IMG/VR virus record: IMGVR_UViG_3300031841_004520
Span: 1 to 64,000 of that record
Origin: a virus
DNA length: 64,000 nucleotides
Strand: one strand, 5' to 3'
In this document: piece after piece, positions 6,019 through 16,424 of the stretch
Layout: each line of letters starts with the position of its first letter
Position numbering within the stretch: the stretch's first letter is position 1
Position numbers and translations under genes: made by a program
The notes under the pieces: generated by a model
The model's database searches: none
Told to the model about the DNA's origin: nothing
Seen by the model: the letters and a program-made list of their open reading frames with translations, nothing else

Positions 6019-6808
6019 GAAGCGTGGACAGCTATCTCTAGATGAAGAAGAGTATATAAGAGATAATTTTAATAAATTAGATATTAAACAAATCGCCACC
6101 CACTTAAACCGTACTCCTGCACCAATCAAAAGATATATATCTGAATCTAAATTGGAGTATATGAATGATCCTGAAGGCTATGACACCCTTAAAAATAAAC
6201 TACACAGTAAAAGCTTTTGGAATGAAATAACTAGACAATTTGATGCTGATAGTGGAGAATTAGAATATTTTGAAAATACATGGATTAATTTAGTAAAACA
6301 ATTTCGTGAGGACGTACTTCCTGCAGAAGAATTACAAATTAAACAGTTTATCACTATTGACATTTTAATCAATCGTTCAATGAAAGAACGCAAAAGACAT
6401 ATAGCAGATACAGAGAAGCTACAGAAGCAAGTAGACTTTGAATACAGTTTAGCAGAAGAAGATAGAGACACGGCGAAACTCACTAATTTAGAAACTCAAT
6501 TAAGTTTTGCAAGGAACAGCATTAGCTCTTATACGAATGAGTATACTAAACTTTTAAATGAACAGCAGAAGATTAGCAAAGATTTAAAAGCGACACGTGA
6601 ACAGCGGATTAAACGTATAGAGGATGGTAAATCATCATGGGTGGGGCTTATCAGAATGTTGGAAGACGAAGAGATAAGAGAAAAAGAAGGTAGGCAGATG
6701 GAAATATTAAATATGGCTACAGAAAAAAGTAGAGAAAAATTAGCAGAATACCATACTTATGCAAATGATATTGTAGACAAACCCTTCTTAACACCAGATG
6801 ATGTATAG
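6002..6808 (+). CDS. HTH plus coiled-coil protein, candidate terminase small subunit
   Basis: N-terminal HTH (LDIKQIATHLNRTPAPIKRYI), long coiled coil, located upstream of TerL. The TerS role is inference. Confidence 0.45.
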   Translation: MNKIPKKRGQLSLDEEEYIRDNFNKLDIKQIATHLNRTPAPIKRYISESKLEYMNDPEGYDTLKNKLHSKSFWNEITRQFDADSGELEYFENTWINLVKQFREDVLPAEELQIKQFITIDILINRSMKERKRHIADTEKLQKQVDFEYSLAEEDRDTAKLTNLETQLSFARNSISSYTNEYTKLLNEQQKISKDLKATREQRIKRIEDGKSSWVGLIRMLEDEEIREKEGRQMEILNMATEKSREKLAEYHTYANDIVDKPFLTPDDV

Positions 6809-7067
6809 AAATTATAAAGATCCACAATATAAACAATGGAGAAAACAGGTCAAAAAATTAGACAATCATACATGTCAGTGGCCAGGGTGTAATATGAAAA
6901 AACAATTACAAGTACATCATATAAAAAGGTGGAGTGATTTTCCAGGGTTACGTTTTCATCCCAATAACGGTATAACATTATGCAGAAAACATCATTCGTT
7001 TATTAAGGATAACGAAGATGCGTATGCAGAAACTTTTTTTAAAATAGTTAGTAATAGGAGGAGATGA
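6798..7067 (+). CDS. HNH endonuclease (packaging-associated)
   Basis: CQWPGC...LQVHHIKRW...NGITLCRKHH, close to TerL. Confidence 0.85.
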   Translation: MMYRNYKDPQYKQWRKQVKKLDNHTCQWPGCNMKKQLQVHHIKRWSDFPGLRFHPNNGITLCRKHHSFIKDNEDAYAETFFKIVSNRRR

Positions 7068-7687
7068 TGCTTAATACAAAACAGCCATATATATGCAAGT
7101 TAAAAAATGCAGTAACATTATATAGATACAGAAATATTAAGGTTAATCCAGTTACTAAAAAAGAGCTGATTGTCGAACCTGCTACCTTTCATTTAGATGA
7201 ATTAGCTGTATTTTTTCAAGCTCATGAACAAGGCAAAATAGTTTTTGCTATTATAAAAGAGGTAGACACTCCTATTTTATTGTACAAAGAAGACGATTAT
7301 GTTAAGTGGAAAGCAGATGGAGGCACACTAGAAGGATTGCAACACAGATTTGAACAACTGCTTGGTAAACATCCAGAATTATTTTTACAAGCACATATGC
7401 CACGCACTTTGGATAGTGATCCTCATGGTCCAGGAACCATTCTTTCAGGCATGTTAGAAGCTGTAGGAATTAAGAGTTCTCCTACGTGTAGTTGTAAAAA
7501 ACGTGCCGTTCGAATGAATGTTGAAGGAAACGATTGGTGTGAAAACAACATGGAAGAAATATTAACTTGGTTATCAGAAGAAGCATCAAAAAGAAAACTG
7601 CCTTTTGTAAAGACTGTTGCAAAGTTAATTGTTCAAAGAGCAATCAAAAAGTCCCGTAGATTATTAAAGAAATATGGATCAACTTAA
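7064..7687 (+). CDS. Hypothetical protein with GPGT...CSC..RA..MN...WC domain
   Basis: 207 aa. The C-terminal domain resembles that of 56729-57184. Confidence 0.7.
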   Translation: MMLNTKQPYICKLKNAVTLYRYRNIKVNPVTKKELIVEPATFHLDELAVFFQAHEQGKIVFAIIKEVDTPILLYKEDDYVKWKADGGTLEGLQHRFEQLLGKHPELFLQAHMPRTLDSDPHGPGTILSGMLEAVGIKSSPTCSCKKRAVRMNVEGNDWCENNMEEILTWLSEEASKRKLPFVKTVAKLIVQRAIKKSRRLLKKYGST

Positions 7688-8132
7688 GATCATTATAGAT
7701 ACTAGGGAACAAAAACCTTGGGAGTTTCCTGGTCACACCACAGCGGTACAAAAACTAGACACAGGAGATTATTCTGTAGAGGGTCTAGAAGATATACTTT
7801 GTATTGAAAGGAAGCAGAACACATCAGAGTTTGCCAAAAACATTGTGGAGAAAAGGTATGACGATTGGACAGAGAGAATGTCAAAGTTTAAATATAAGTT
7901 CCTTTTGTTAGAATTTTCTCTATCAGACGTTTATCTGTTTCCTAAAAACTCTGGGATCCCAAAACATATGCTGAACAAAACAAGAATAAGTTCTAAGTTT
8001 TTAATTAAGAAACTTATAGAGTTATCTATGTTACATGATATTCATGTACTGTTTTGTGAATCCTCTTATACAGCATCTAAGTTTGCTGAAGCAATTATGT
8101 ACAAGGTTTATTCCAATGAACGAGAACAATAG
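7674..8132 (+). CDS. ERCC4/XPF-domain nuclease
   Basis: IIIDTREQ...LDTGDYS...IERK-x3-E, the ERCC4 signature. Confidence 0.85.
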   Translation: MDQLKIIIDTREQKPWEFPGHTTAVQKLDTGDYSVEGLEDILCIERKQNTSEFAKNIVEKRYDDWTERMSKFKYKFLLLEFSLSDVYLFPKNSGIPKHMLNKTRISSKFLIKKLIELSMLHDIHVLFCESSYTASKFAEAIMYKVYSNEREQ

Positions 8133-10149
8133 TTTAGAAGATGCTTGGTTGGGTTTAGGTGACCTATCTAAAATAGCAACACCAAACAATCCTATGATTG
8201 GTAGATCTAAACATGATATAGAACATCCAGACTACCATTTACTAAAAATATTAAGAGACCCAAAGTATCTTGCTACCACCTGTAAACTTCTATTCAACAT
8301 AGAGCTGCATCCGATACAGGTGGCAATACTGCAAGAGTTCTGGGTACGACCCTTTCCAATGTTCATAGCAAGTCGTGGTTTTGGAAAGTCTTTTCTTATG
8401 AGTCTTTATTGTATACTGAAATGCACCTTTGTGCCTGGAACCAAGATTGTTGTTGTGGGTGCTGCCTTTAGACAGAGTAAGATTCTTTTTGAATATATGG
8501 AAACTATTTGGCGCAATAGTCCTGTCTTAAGAAGTATTTTTAGTGGTAATGACGACGGACCCAGAAAAGATGTTGATCGATGTACACTCCGATTAGGCGA
8601 CAGCTGGACTATTGCTATTCCTATGGGAGATGGTTCTAAAATCAGAGGTCTAAGGGCACATATTATTATTGCTGATGAATTTGCTTCCATATCTCCTGAA
8701 ATATATGAAACTGTTGTTGCTGGTTTTGCTGCTGTTAGTGCAAGCCCTATTGAGAATGTAAAAGAAGAAGCTAAAAAACAGGCTATGAAAGATCTTGGTG
8801 TTTGGACAGATGAATTAGAAGTACTTACTAAGAAAATGGGAAATCAAGCTATAATAAGTGGAACCGCTGACTATGCTTTCAAACACTTTGCACAATACTG
8901 GAAAAGATATAAAGGTATTATAGAAAGTAAGGGTGACCACAATAAACTTCAGGATGTTTTTGGTGAAGAAGTTCCAGATAATTTTAATTGGAGAGATTAT
9001 AGCATTATTCGTATCCCTTATGAGTTAATACCCAAAGGGTTTATGGACGACAAACAAATTAGTAGAGCAAAAGCGACTATTCATACTGGCACATATCAAA
9101 TGGAGTATGCAGCAGTATTTGTAGAGGATAGCGAGGGGTTCTTTAAGAGAAGTCTAGTTGAAAGCTGTGTTGTTGATGATAAAAAGTCTATCGTAGATCA
9201 AGATGAGAATCTTATTATATTTGATCCTGTAACCAAAGGAAATCCTGGAGCAAAATATGTTTACGGTATTGACCCTGCTAGTGAAAAAGATAATTTTTGT
9301 ATTGTTGTTATTGAACTAAGGCCAAATCATAATAGAGTTGTATATGTATGGACTACGAACAGAACTAACTTTAAAGATAGACAAAAAACAGGTCTAGTAT
9401 CTGAGCATGATTTTTACGGTTTCTGCGCAAGAAAAATAAGAGACTTAATGAAAGTGTTTCCAGCAGAAAGGATAGGTATAGATGCTCAAGGAGGAGGTAT
9501 TGCTATAGAAGAGGCTTTACACGATCCTGTACGGTTACAGCCTGGAGAACACTTAATATGGCCACTTATAGATTATGATGGTAAAAGTAAAGAGACAGAT
9601 GTTCAACAAGGATTACATATTTTAGAAATGGTACAGTTTGCTAATGCCAATTGGACAGCCCAGGCCAATCATGGTTTACGAAAAGACATGGAAGATAAAA
9701 GGTTGTTATTCCCAAGGTTTGACAATTTTTCTTTAGGTCTAGCGATGGAAAGAGAAAGTCAGAATATATTAGAGGGTGATCTTAATCCTATATATGATAA
9801 TCTCAGTGAATGTATTTTAGAGATAGAGCAACTTAAAGATGAATTAACAACAATTGTCATGACGCAGACCAGTACTAGTGCTGGAGCTAGAGATAGATGG
9901 GATACTCCAGAAGTAAAGCTGCATGGGGGTAAAAAGGGCAGATTGAGGAAAGATAGATATAGCTCTTTAGTAATCGCCAATATGCTTGCACGACAAATGA
10001 CAAATGTTCTCAAACCTCCTACCTATGATGTTATTGGTGGAAATGCCAGAAACCATAGAGGTAAAGATAGTGGAGATATGTATAAAGGCCCAGAATGGTT
10101 TACTGGTCCAGCTAACGACGATATTTATACAGGTATTTACAGAGATTAG
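8116..10149 (+). CDS. terL: Terminase large subunit
   Basis: LHPIQ adenine motif, Walker A ASRGFGKS, IRGLRA, Walker B IIIADE, nuclease YGIDPA and D-x-YS-x-L. Probable start ATG 8116. Confidence 0.93.
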   Translation: MNENNSLEDAWLGLGDLSKIATPNNPMIGRSKHDIEHPDYHLLKILRDPKYLATTCKLLFNIELHPIQVAILQEFWVRPFPMFIASRGFGKSFLMSLYCILKCTFVPGTKIVVVGAAFRQSKILFEYMETIWRNSPVLRSIFSGNDDGPRKDVDRCTLRLGDSWTIAIPMGDGSKIRGLRAHIIIADEFASISPEIYETVVAGFAAVSASPIENVKEEAKKQAMKDLGVWTDELEVLTKKMGNQAIISGTADYAFKHFAQYWKRYKGIIESKGDHNKLQDVFGEEVPDNFNWRDYSIIRIPYELIPKGFMDDKQISRAKATIHTGTYQMEYAAVFVEDSEGFFKRSLVESCVVDDKKSIVDQDENLIIFDPVTKGNPGAKYVYGIDPASEKDNFCIVVIELRPNHNRVVYVWTTNRTNFKDRQKTGLVSEHDFYGFCARKIRDLMKVFPAERIGIDAQGGGIAIEEALHDPVRLQPGEHLIWPLIDYDGKSKETDVQQGLHILEMVQFANANWTAQANHGLRKDMEDKRLLFPRFDNFSLGLAMERESQNILEGDLNPIYDNLSECILEIEQLKDELTTIVMTQTSTSAGARDRWDTPEVKLHGGKKGRLRKDRYSSLVIANMLARQMTNVLKPPTYDVIGGNARNHRGKDSGDMYKGPEWFTGPANDDIYTGIYRD

Positions 10150-10194
10150 GTGTATGAAACTTGTAATCCCATTACAATAGAATTATAATATAAC

Positions 10195-12399
10195 ATGCCA
10201 AAAAAATATCCAAAAAGTGACGCTATTCAAAACGTAAGTCCCACACCTCCTGAAGAAGCATATATTTTCTATGGAGATGATGAAGCTAGTAAAAATGAAG
10301 CTATGAAAGCTTCTGCTGGAGCATTAGATGAATATACTCTGATAGACGGATATAGTAATAAAGCTACTGCTCATTCTAGATATCGTACTGATTTTTCTAA
10401 TTTAGACACAAACACATCAGGAAGACCAGGATTAACTCGTGGCGATTATGACTACTTTAGGCCAGATGAAGCAGTGCCTAGAAAAGTCAAAAATGTAATG
10501 TATAGAGCTGATGATATTTATCAGCGTGTAGGGTTGGTAAAAAATGTTGTAGACTTGATGGGAGATTTTGCTACTCAGGGGATTAGGATTGTACACAGAA
10601 ATAAAAGGGTGGAAAGGTTCTACAAAAGATGGTTTGAAAAATGTAATGGCAAAGATCGTAGCGAAAGATTTGTTAATAACCTTTATAAAACAGGCAATGT
10701 CGTTGTAGACAGACAAACAGGAAAGCTAACAACAAAAGCCACAGAAAAAATGTTTAAAGCTTTGGCTAAAGCTGATTTTGACATTGGCCCAGAAGAAAAA
10801 GTTGAAAAGAGAGTTATTCCTTGGAAGTATACTTTTTTAAATCCCTTATATGTTGATGTGGCTGCTGGGCCTTTGTCATCTTTTGTGCAAGATAAGCGTT
10901 ATGAGCTTGTCTTACCACCAAATTTGCGTAAGCTAATTAATGCTCCTAAGAACGATGCAGAAAAACAGGTTGTTGCACAGTTGCCAGACCAGATTATTGA
11001 AGCTGCTAAGTCAAAGATGAAATATCCATTAGATGCAAGCAGGACATCTGTATATCATTATAAAAAAGACGATTGGCAAACTTGGGCATATCCTATGATA
11101 TATGCAATCATGGATGATATTACAGTTATTGAAAAATTAAAGCTCGCTGATATGTCTGCATTAGATGGTGCTATTTCCAATATTAGAATATTTAAATTGG
11201 GTAATTTAGAACATAAGATTGCTCCTACAAAAGCAGCTACTTCTAAACTAGCACAAATTCTAGGAAACAATGTTGGTGGAGGTACAATGGATTTAGTTTG
11301 GGGTCCAGACATTGAATTGATTGAAAGTAAAACAAATGTACATCAATTTTTAGGAGAAGGTAAATATACCCCTCACTTAAATGCTGTGTATGCTGGATTG
11401 GGTATTCCTCCTACATTAACAGGAACCTATGGTGCAGCTGGAACTACAAATAATTTTATTAGTTTAAAAACCTTAACACAAAGACTACAGTACGGCAGAG
11501 ATGTTCTTATTAGGTTTTGGCAGCAAGAGATAGAGCTTGTTCAGAAAGCTATGGGCTTTAAATATCCTGCAAGGATAGAATTTGATAGAATGGATCTCAG
11601 TAATGAAGAGGCTGAGAAGTCTTTATTGATACAGCTAGCAGATAGAAATATTGTTAGTGATGAGATGGTTCGATCTAGATTTGGTCTTGATCCAGATATG
11701 GAAAAGCTAAGAGTCAATCAAGAACATAAAGAACATAAGAGAAAAACCAGTCCTCCTAAAGTTAGTCCTTATCATGATGCTAATTTTGAAAATGCTATTA
11801 AGAAATTGGGTGTCCAGCTAGGTATGTTAACTCCTAGTGAGGTTGGGGTAGAATTAAATAATAAAGATTCCGATCAGCAAAACTTACTTGAGCTTAAGGA
11901 TAAGTTTGAGAAGCAGAAGCCTAAGAAGCCTGTTATTACAGAAAAAACCCCTGGTCAGCCAGGAGAAGGAAGACCTATGAATTCAAAGGATGCAGAGAAA
12001 AGAAAAGAAAAAGAGTTTGCTCCACAAACAGGTGCAAGTTTATCTATTTGGGCTATAAATGCTCAAGAAGCTATATCTGAAATTGTTAATCCTATTATGC
12101 TGGATTTTTATGGAAAGAAAAATCTTAGAAGCCTATCTCATCTTGAGGCCAGTGAGCTAGAAGAGGTTAAATCTAAGGTATTATTTAATATTAAGCCATA
12201 TTCGATTATAGATAGGGATGCTGTGGAGTTGGTGTTTAATACTATTAATACTCAAGCAAATTTAGAACTAATGGGCCATTATATAGATTGGCAAAAATCT
12301 GTTCAGCAAGATCTTCCGCATACGATGTCTTTAGATGACCAAAAACAAGCAAAAGCATCTTTTTATTCCATGGTGTATACAATTTTACACAAAACATAA
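10195..12399 (+). CDS. Portal protein
   Basis: Directly follows TerL. Helical 734-aa protein with portal-like motifs (VKNVVDLMGDF, GLGIPPTL, IEFDRMDL) and a C-terminal extension. Confidence 0.8.
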   Translation: MPKKYPKSDAIQNVSPTPPEEAYIFYGDDEASKNEAMKASAGALDEYTLIDGYSNKATAHSRYRTDFSNLDTNTSGRPGLTRGDYDYFRPDEAVPRKVKNVMYRADDIYQRVGLVKNVVDLMGDFATQGIRIVHRNKRVERFYKRWFEKCNGKDRSERFVNNLYKTGNVVVDRQTGKLTTKATEKMFKALAKADFDIGPEEKVEKRVIPWKYTFLNPLYVDVAAGPLSSFVQDKRYELVLPPNLRKLINAPKNDAEKQVVAQLPDQIIEAAKSKMKYPLDASRTSVYHYKKDDWQTWAYPMIYAIMDDITVIEKLKLADMSALDGAISNIRIFKLGNLEHKIAPTKAATSKLAQILGNNVGGGTMDLVWGPDIELIESKTNVHQFLGEGKYTPHLNAVYAGLGIPPTLTGTYGAAGTTNNFISLKTLTQRLQYGRDVLIRFWQQEIELVQKAMGFKYPARIEFDRMDLSNEEAEKSLLIQLADRNIVSDEMVRSRFGLDPDMEKLRVNQEHKEHKRKTSPPKVSPYHDANFENAIKKLGVQLGMLTPSEVGVELNNKDSDQQNLLELKDKFEKQKPKKPVITEKTPGQPGEGRPMNSKDAEKRKEKEFAPQTGASLSIWAINAQEAISEIVNPIMLDFYGKKNLRSLSHLEASELEEVKSKVLFNIKPYSIIDRDAVELVFNTINTQANLELMGHYIDWQKSVQQDLPHTMSLDDQKQAKASFYSMVYTILHKT

Positions 12400-12408
12400 G
12401 GTAAAATT

Positions 12409-14001
12409 ATGAAAATATATAAACAAGAAATAGCTGATGGTATAGATGCATTAGTGGCTAGTCAAGCGTGTATTACCTATGCTTCTGTCGCTGAACCTTG
12501 CGAAGATACCAAAGCTTTTGCTTTTAATAATATTAAGAGCGTTGCAGCTATTGAGGATAAAGATTTATATTATGTTCAGTCTATTCTGGTTAGTAGTACT
12601 TGGAATAAAAACGACGATGTGTTTGATAGGGGGGAAGTTTGGAAAGCCAAAAGTACACCAGAAGATAAACCAACCAATCTAGAACATGATGAGAGTGTCG
12701 TTGTTGGACATATTACTTCTAATTATCCTATAGATGATAATGGTCAAGTTATTCCTGTAGAAACATTAGAAAACGATTTACCTGAAAAATATCATATCCT
12801 AACAGGCTCTGTAATATATAGGGCTTATAGTGATCCTGAGCTTAAAGCTAGGGCAGAAAATCTAATTAGAGAAATTGAAGAAGGTAGTAAATATGTTAGT
12901 ATGGAGTGTTATTTTAAGAATTTTGATTATGGTTTAAAGAACCAAACTACTGGTGAGTTTAAAGTTTTAGCCAGAAAAGAAGATACTGCCTATTTAACAA
13001 AACATCTAAGAGCTTATGGTGGCACTGGCCAACATGAGGGTTATTCTGTTGGTAGAGTATTAAGAGATATTACTTTTAGTGGTAAAGGTTTCGTTGACAA
13101 GCCTGCTAATAATGATAGTATAATTTTTAGTCGCACCATGTTGAATAAATTTTTAGAAGATAAAAACACTGATTTTGAAAAAAAGGGTGTAATAGACAAT
13201 AAGCCGTTTTCTAAGCCGGAGAAAAAAACTATGAATCTAGAAGAGACCGTCGAAAAGATGAATAAGAAATTAGAATCGCTTCTAACGTCTGAAGCATTCG
13301 CATCAACATACAGTAAAGCTTCAGATCTTGAAGTCAAGGTTTCTGAGTTGGAAACTAAGGCGGAAGAATCTGCTGAGGCTTTGACCGAACAAACTGAGAA
13401 GTTCACTGCACTTGAAGCTTCAATTGCAGAGAAAGATGAACTCGTAAAGGCCCTTGAGGAAGAAAAAACTTCTTTAAAAGAACAGCTTGACTCAGCTAAT
13501 GAAGTTCTTGCTGGCTACAAAGAAAAAGAAGAAGAAATGGCCAAGAAAGAAAAAGCATTAAAAAGACGGGCATCTCTAGTAGAAGCTGGTCTAGATGATG
13601 AGGCAGCAGAAGCTGCAGTAGCTAAATTTGAGAATCTTGATGACGAATCTTTTGATTCTATCGCTCTTGTTATCACTGAAGCAGCTAAAACAGCTGAGGC
13701 AAAGATGCCACCAGCTCTTAAAGAAGCTTTAGATAAGAAGAAAGATAAAGAAGAAGATGAAGAGGCAGTCATGAAGAAGAAGCCAAAGGCTTCTGAAGAA
13801 ATTGTTGCTGAAGAAACAGAAGAGACTGAGGCAGCAGAAGAAGAGGCAGACGAGGTGATTGCAGAAGCATCTGATCTTGAAACAGTTGAGACTGACGAAG
13901 AAGTGAGTCTTTCTGTAGCAGGTGAAGAGGAGGTTTCCGCAGTTGAAACTACTCGTGCAGCTTTAGTTGATTTTGTTAAGTCTAGACTTCAAACCAAGTA
14001 A
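12409..14001 (+). CDS. Prohead protease fused to acidic coiled-coil scaffold
   Basis: NKNDDVF, NLEHD...VGHI, VSMEC, FSGKGFVDKPAN (HK97/herpes-type protease pattern). C-terminal half is a Glu/Ala/Lys coiled coil. Confidence 0.8.
   Translation: MKIYKQEIADGIDALVASQACITYASVAEPCEDTKAFAFNNIKSVAAIEDKDLYYVQSILVSSTWNKNDDVFDRGEVWKAKSTPEDKPTNLEHDESVVVGHITSNYPIDDNGQVIPVETLENDLPEKYHILTGSVIYRAYSDPELKARAENLIREIEEGSKYVSMECYFKNFDYGLKNQTTGEFKVLARKEDTAYLTKHLRAYGGTGQHEGYSVGRVLRDITFSGKGFVDKPANNDSIIFSRTMLNKFLEDKNTDFEKKGVIDNKPFSKPEKKTMNLEETVEKMNKKLESLLTSEAFASTYSKASDLEVKVSELETKAEESAEALTEQTEKFTALEASIAEKDELVKALEEEKTSLKEQLDSANEVLAGYKEKEEEMAKKEKALKRRASLVEAGLDDEAAEAAVAKFENLDDESFDSIALVITEAAKTAEAKMPPALKEALDKKKDKEEDEEAVMKKKPKASEEIVAEETEETEAAEEEADEVIAEASDLETVETDEEVSLSVAGEEEVSAVETTRAALVDFVKSRLQTK
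13231..14001 (+). CDS. Nested in-frame scaffolding protein (256 aa)
   Basis: In-frame ATG 13231 with GGAG RBS (13218-13221) and GGTGTAA at 13186, located where the coiled coil begins. Confidence 0.65.
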   Translation: MNLEETVEKMNKKLESLLTSEAFASTYSKASDLEVKVSELETKAEESAEALTEQTEKFTALEASIAEKDELVKALEEEKTSLKEQLDSANEVLAGYKEKEEEMAKKEKALKRRASLVEAGLDDEAAEAAVAKFENLDDESFDSIALVITEAAKTAEAKMPPALKEALDKKKDKEEDEEAVMKKKPKASEEIVAEETEETEAAEEEADEVIAEASDLETVETDEEVSLSVAGEEEVSAVETTRAALVDFVKSRLQTK

Positions 14002-14021
14002 TTTTTAAGGGAGAATAAAAC

Positions 14022-14486
14022 ATGGCTCTTAAACCAGATCGTATCGAAACTCAAACAGACATCTCTTTTTTCTGCAATTCTGCAATTGACAGAGGTGGAT
14101 TAGTATCAGTTGTCACAGGTGGCTCAGGCGTAGCTATGGATGATGGCAATGCAGTTGTAAACTACGTTGCTAGTCCTAGTGGAGCAAAGCCAGTTGGCCT
14201 TTTGCTTAATGATGTTGTTAATAATGACCTTACGCGACAGCATATTAATTATCATCAGGATGAAGTACAGGTTGGCAGTAAGGTTGCTATCCTTAGAGTT
14301 GGTCAGGTAACTACCAACACTATCGCAACAGGTGTAGCAGACGCACCAGTAGCAGGCGCAGATGCTTATCTCGCAGCTAATGGTACTCTCAGTGCAGTTC
14401 AAGCTGCAGGAGCACCTAAGGTTGGTCAATGGCTAAGTGCCAAAGACGCCGAGTCTTATGCCAAAGTATCCATCAACATCACTTGA
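14022..14486 (+). CDS. Capsid decoration/cement protein
   Basis: 154-aa Gly/Ala/Val-rich beta protein between scaffold and MCP, GGGAG RBS. Confidence 0.7.
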   Translation: MALKPDRIETQTDISFFCNSAIDRGGLVSVVTGGSGVAMDDGNAVVNYVASPSGAKPVGLLLNDVVNNDLTRQHINYHQDEVQVGSKVAILRVGQVTTNTIATGVADAPVAGADAYLAANGTLSAVQAAGAPKVGQWLSAKDAESYAKVSINIT

Positions 14487-14509
14487 GATTAAAAAAGGGA
14501 GAAACAACT

Positions 14510-15526
14510 ATGTCAGATATGAGTAATAAAACTTTTCAACCAACTCCAGAGTTGACCGATCTTTTGGTCAGATCTGGTTCACAGCAAAAAGAGACCTCTC
14601 TTGCTGCTAATGCAGAATTTGCAAAAGCTCTTGAGCAGCCTCTTCGTCAGGGTGTCCTGAGTGGCAACATTCTTGATGGCATTTTTGAGCCAATTCAATT
14701 AGCTCCTGGTGCTAGTCCAGAATTTCCACTGGATTTCCTTGCTCCAGGCACCGAAAAAGATTTCGTTGCTTACACCATTCCTAATCACGGATATATTCCA
14801 GAACGTCATGTCGAAGGCGATTATGTCATGGTTCCTACTTATGACATCGGCTCCAGCATTGACTATCTTTTAAAGTATGCTCGTGACGCCCGTTGGGATG
14901 TTGTCGGTCGTGCTATGGAAGTTATGGAAGCTTCATTCGTTAAGAAGATGAATGATGATGGCTGGCACACACTTCTCGCTGCTGGTGTTGACCGTAACAT
15001 CGTTGTCTTTGACAGTGATGCTGCTGCTGGTCAATTCACGAAGCGTCTTGTGAGCCTTATGAAGACTGTTATGCGTCGTAACGGTGGTGGTAATAGCTCA
15101 AGTAATAACAGAGGTCAACTTACAGACCTTTATGTTTCTCCTGAAGCTATGGAAGATCTTCGCAACTGGGGCATTGATCAGGTCGACGAAGTTACTCGTC
15201 GTGAAATCTATGTCGCTGATGATGGTGGTGGAGCAGTAAACCGTGTCTTCGGTGTGAATCTCCATGATCTAGACGAACTTGGTGAAGGCCAAGAATATCA
15301 GCTGTTCTTCCAAAATGTACTTAGTGGTACACTTAGTGGAGATAGTGAACTTGTTGTAGGTCTTGATCTTCGCAAGAGAGACAGCTTCATCATGCCAGTT
15401 CGTGAAGGCGTTCAGATCTACGAAGACGATACACTTCATCGTCAGAAGAGAGCTGGATTCTATGGCTGGGCTGAGCAAGGTTTTGCTTGCCTCGATAATC
15501 GCAGAGTTATCCTTGGATCTCTGTAA
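14510..15526 (+). CDS. Major capsid protein (HK97 fold)
   Basis: Gene position, size 338 aa, codon bias of a highly expressed gene, terminator downstream. ATG 14510 has a GGGAG RBS. Confidence 0.85.
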   Translation: MSDMSNKTFQPTPELTDLLVRSGSQQKETSLAANAEFAKALEQPLRQGVLSGNILDGIFEPIQLAPGASPEFPLDFLAPGTEKDFVAYTIPNHGYIPERHVEGDYVMVPTYDIGSSIDYLLKYARDARWDVVGRAMEVMEASFVKKMNDDGWHTLLAAGVDRNIVVFDSDAAAGQFTKRLVSLMKTVMRRNGGGNSSSNNRGQLTDLYVSPEAMEDLRNWGIDQVDEVTRREIYVADDGGGAVNRVFGVNLHDLDELGEGQEYQLFFQNVLSGTLSGDSELVVGLDLRKRDSFIMPVREGVQIYEDDTLHRQKRAGFYGWAEQGFACLDNRRVILGSL

Positions 15527-15553
15527 GTCTTAATCATTATTTGGTTGAAACTG

Positions 15554-15582
15554 GGGCTGGCGTAAAAACCAGCCCTTTTTTT
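15554..15582 (+). terminator. Intrinsic terminator after MCP
   Basis: GGGCTGG-cgtaaaaa-CCAGCCC followed by T7. Confidence 0.9.
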
Positions 15583-15639
15583 ATATATTTATATATAAGG
15601 TGTATCTTTAAGTATACCCATAATTTTGAGAGGTAAGCC

Positions 15640-16053
15640 ATGGCAGCTAGTCAGTATGACTTCAAAATAGAACAAGGTTCTTCGTTCAGATTATCTATTA
15701 TCTACAAGGATTCTAATAATAGTCCTATAGATTTAGCTAATTATTGTGCTAGAATTGTGTGGAAAACCAATACTAATATTACTCAAACCTTTACAACAGA
15801 AACTTCTGATTTTTCTACATATAAGCTATTTATTGAGACTCCTACCACAGATGGTAAAATAACATTTTTACTACCAGCTTCAACTACTAATGGATATAGT
15901 TTCAGTAGTGCTAAATATGATTTTGAATTACAAGACAAAAATAGTGAATTGTATACGGGTGGTGGTAGCGAAACTTTCCGAATACTATACGGGAATATCA
16001 ATATAGATAAAAGATATAGTAAATCAGACGACCTTTTGGCTTGTACATCATGA
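15640..16053 (+). CDS. Virion beta-sandwich adaptor protein (BppU-N-like)
   Basis: IEQGSSF...PIDL..Y.AR...AKYDFEL...RILYG pattern typical of fibre-anchoring proteins. Confidence 0.6.
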   Translation: MAASQYDFKIEQGSSFRLSIIYKDSNNSPIDLANYCARIVWKTNTNITQTFTTETSDFSTYKLFIETPTTDGKITFLLPASTTNGYSFSSAKYDFELQDKNSELYTGGGSETFRILYGNINIDKRYSKSDDLLACTS

Positions 16054-16412
16054 GTTTCACTATAGAGGTAGAACCAATAGTCTCTAATTTTATAGGTATC
16101 GAAACATCATTTTCAGATACAATAGAGACAGTTTTGGAAGACAGTATAACAGACAGTAAGACTTTGGATATAATAAACAATAATTATTCTGATACTGAAG
16201 ATGTTAATTACAGTAAAAATATTATAGATATAGAAGCTACAAATACTAGCTCTACTACTAATTTTATAGACGTTGAGATTTATCAAACATTCGACCTTAC
16301 TGTACAAACAGGGTCAACGAGTGAATTTATTGGAAATATTCATCATAGTAGGGTTGATGGTTTAGAAGATTTTATAGAACACGGCAGACAATTTGACTGC
16401 GGCACACCATAA
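16050..16412 (+). CDS. Acidic virion protein
   Basis: ATGA overlap with the previous gene. Ends in FDCGTP, similar to the IDGGSP end of the next gene. Confidence 0.6.
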   Translation: MSFTIEVEPIVSNFIGIETSFSDTIETVLEDSITDSKTLDIINNNYSDTEDVNYSKNIIDIEATNTSSTTNFIDVEIYQTFDLTVQTGSTSEFIGNIHHSRVDGLEDFIEHGRQFDCGTP

Positions 16413-16424
16413 AGGGAGACAACA

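Noticed and set aside
8116-10149. Intein or intron in the long TerL gene
   Set aside because: The reading frame is continuous, with no C/S...HN splice motifs or LAGLIDADG blocks visible.
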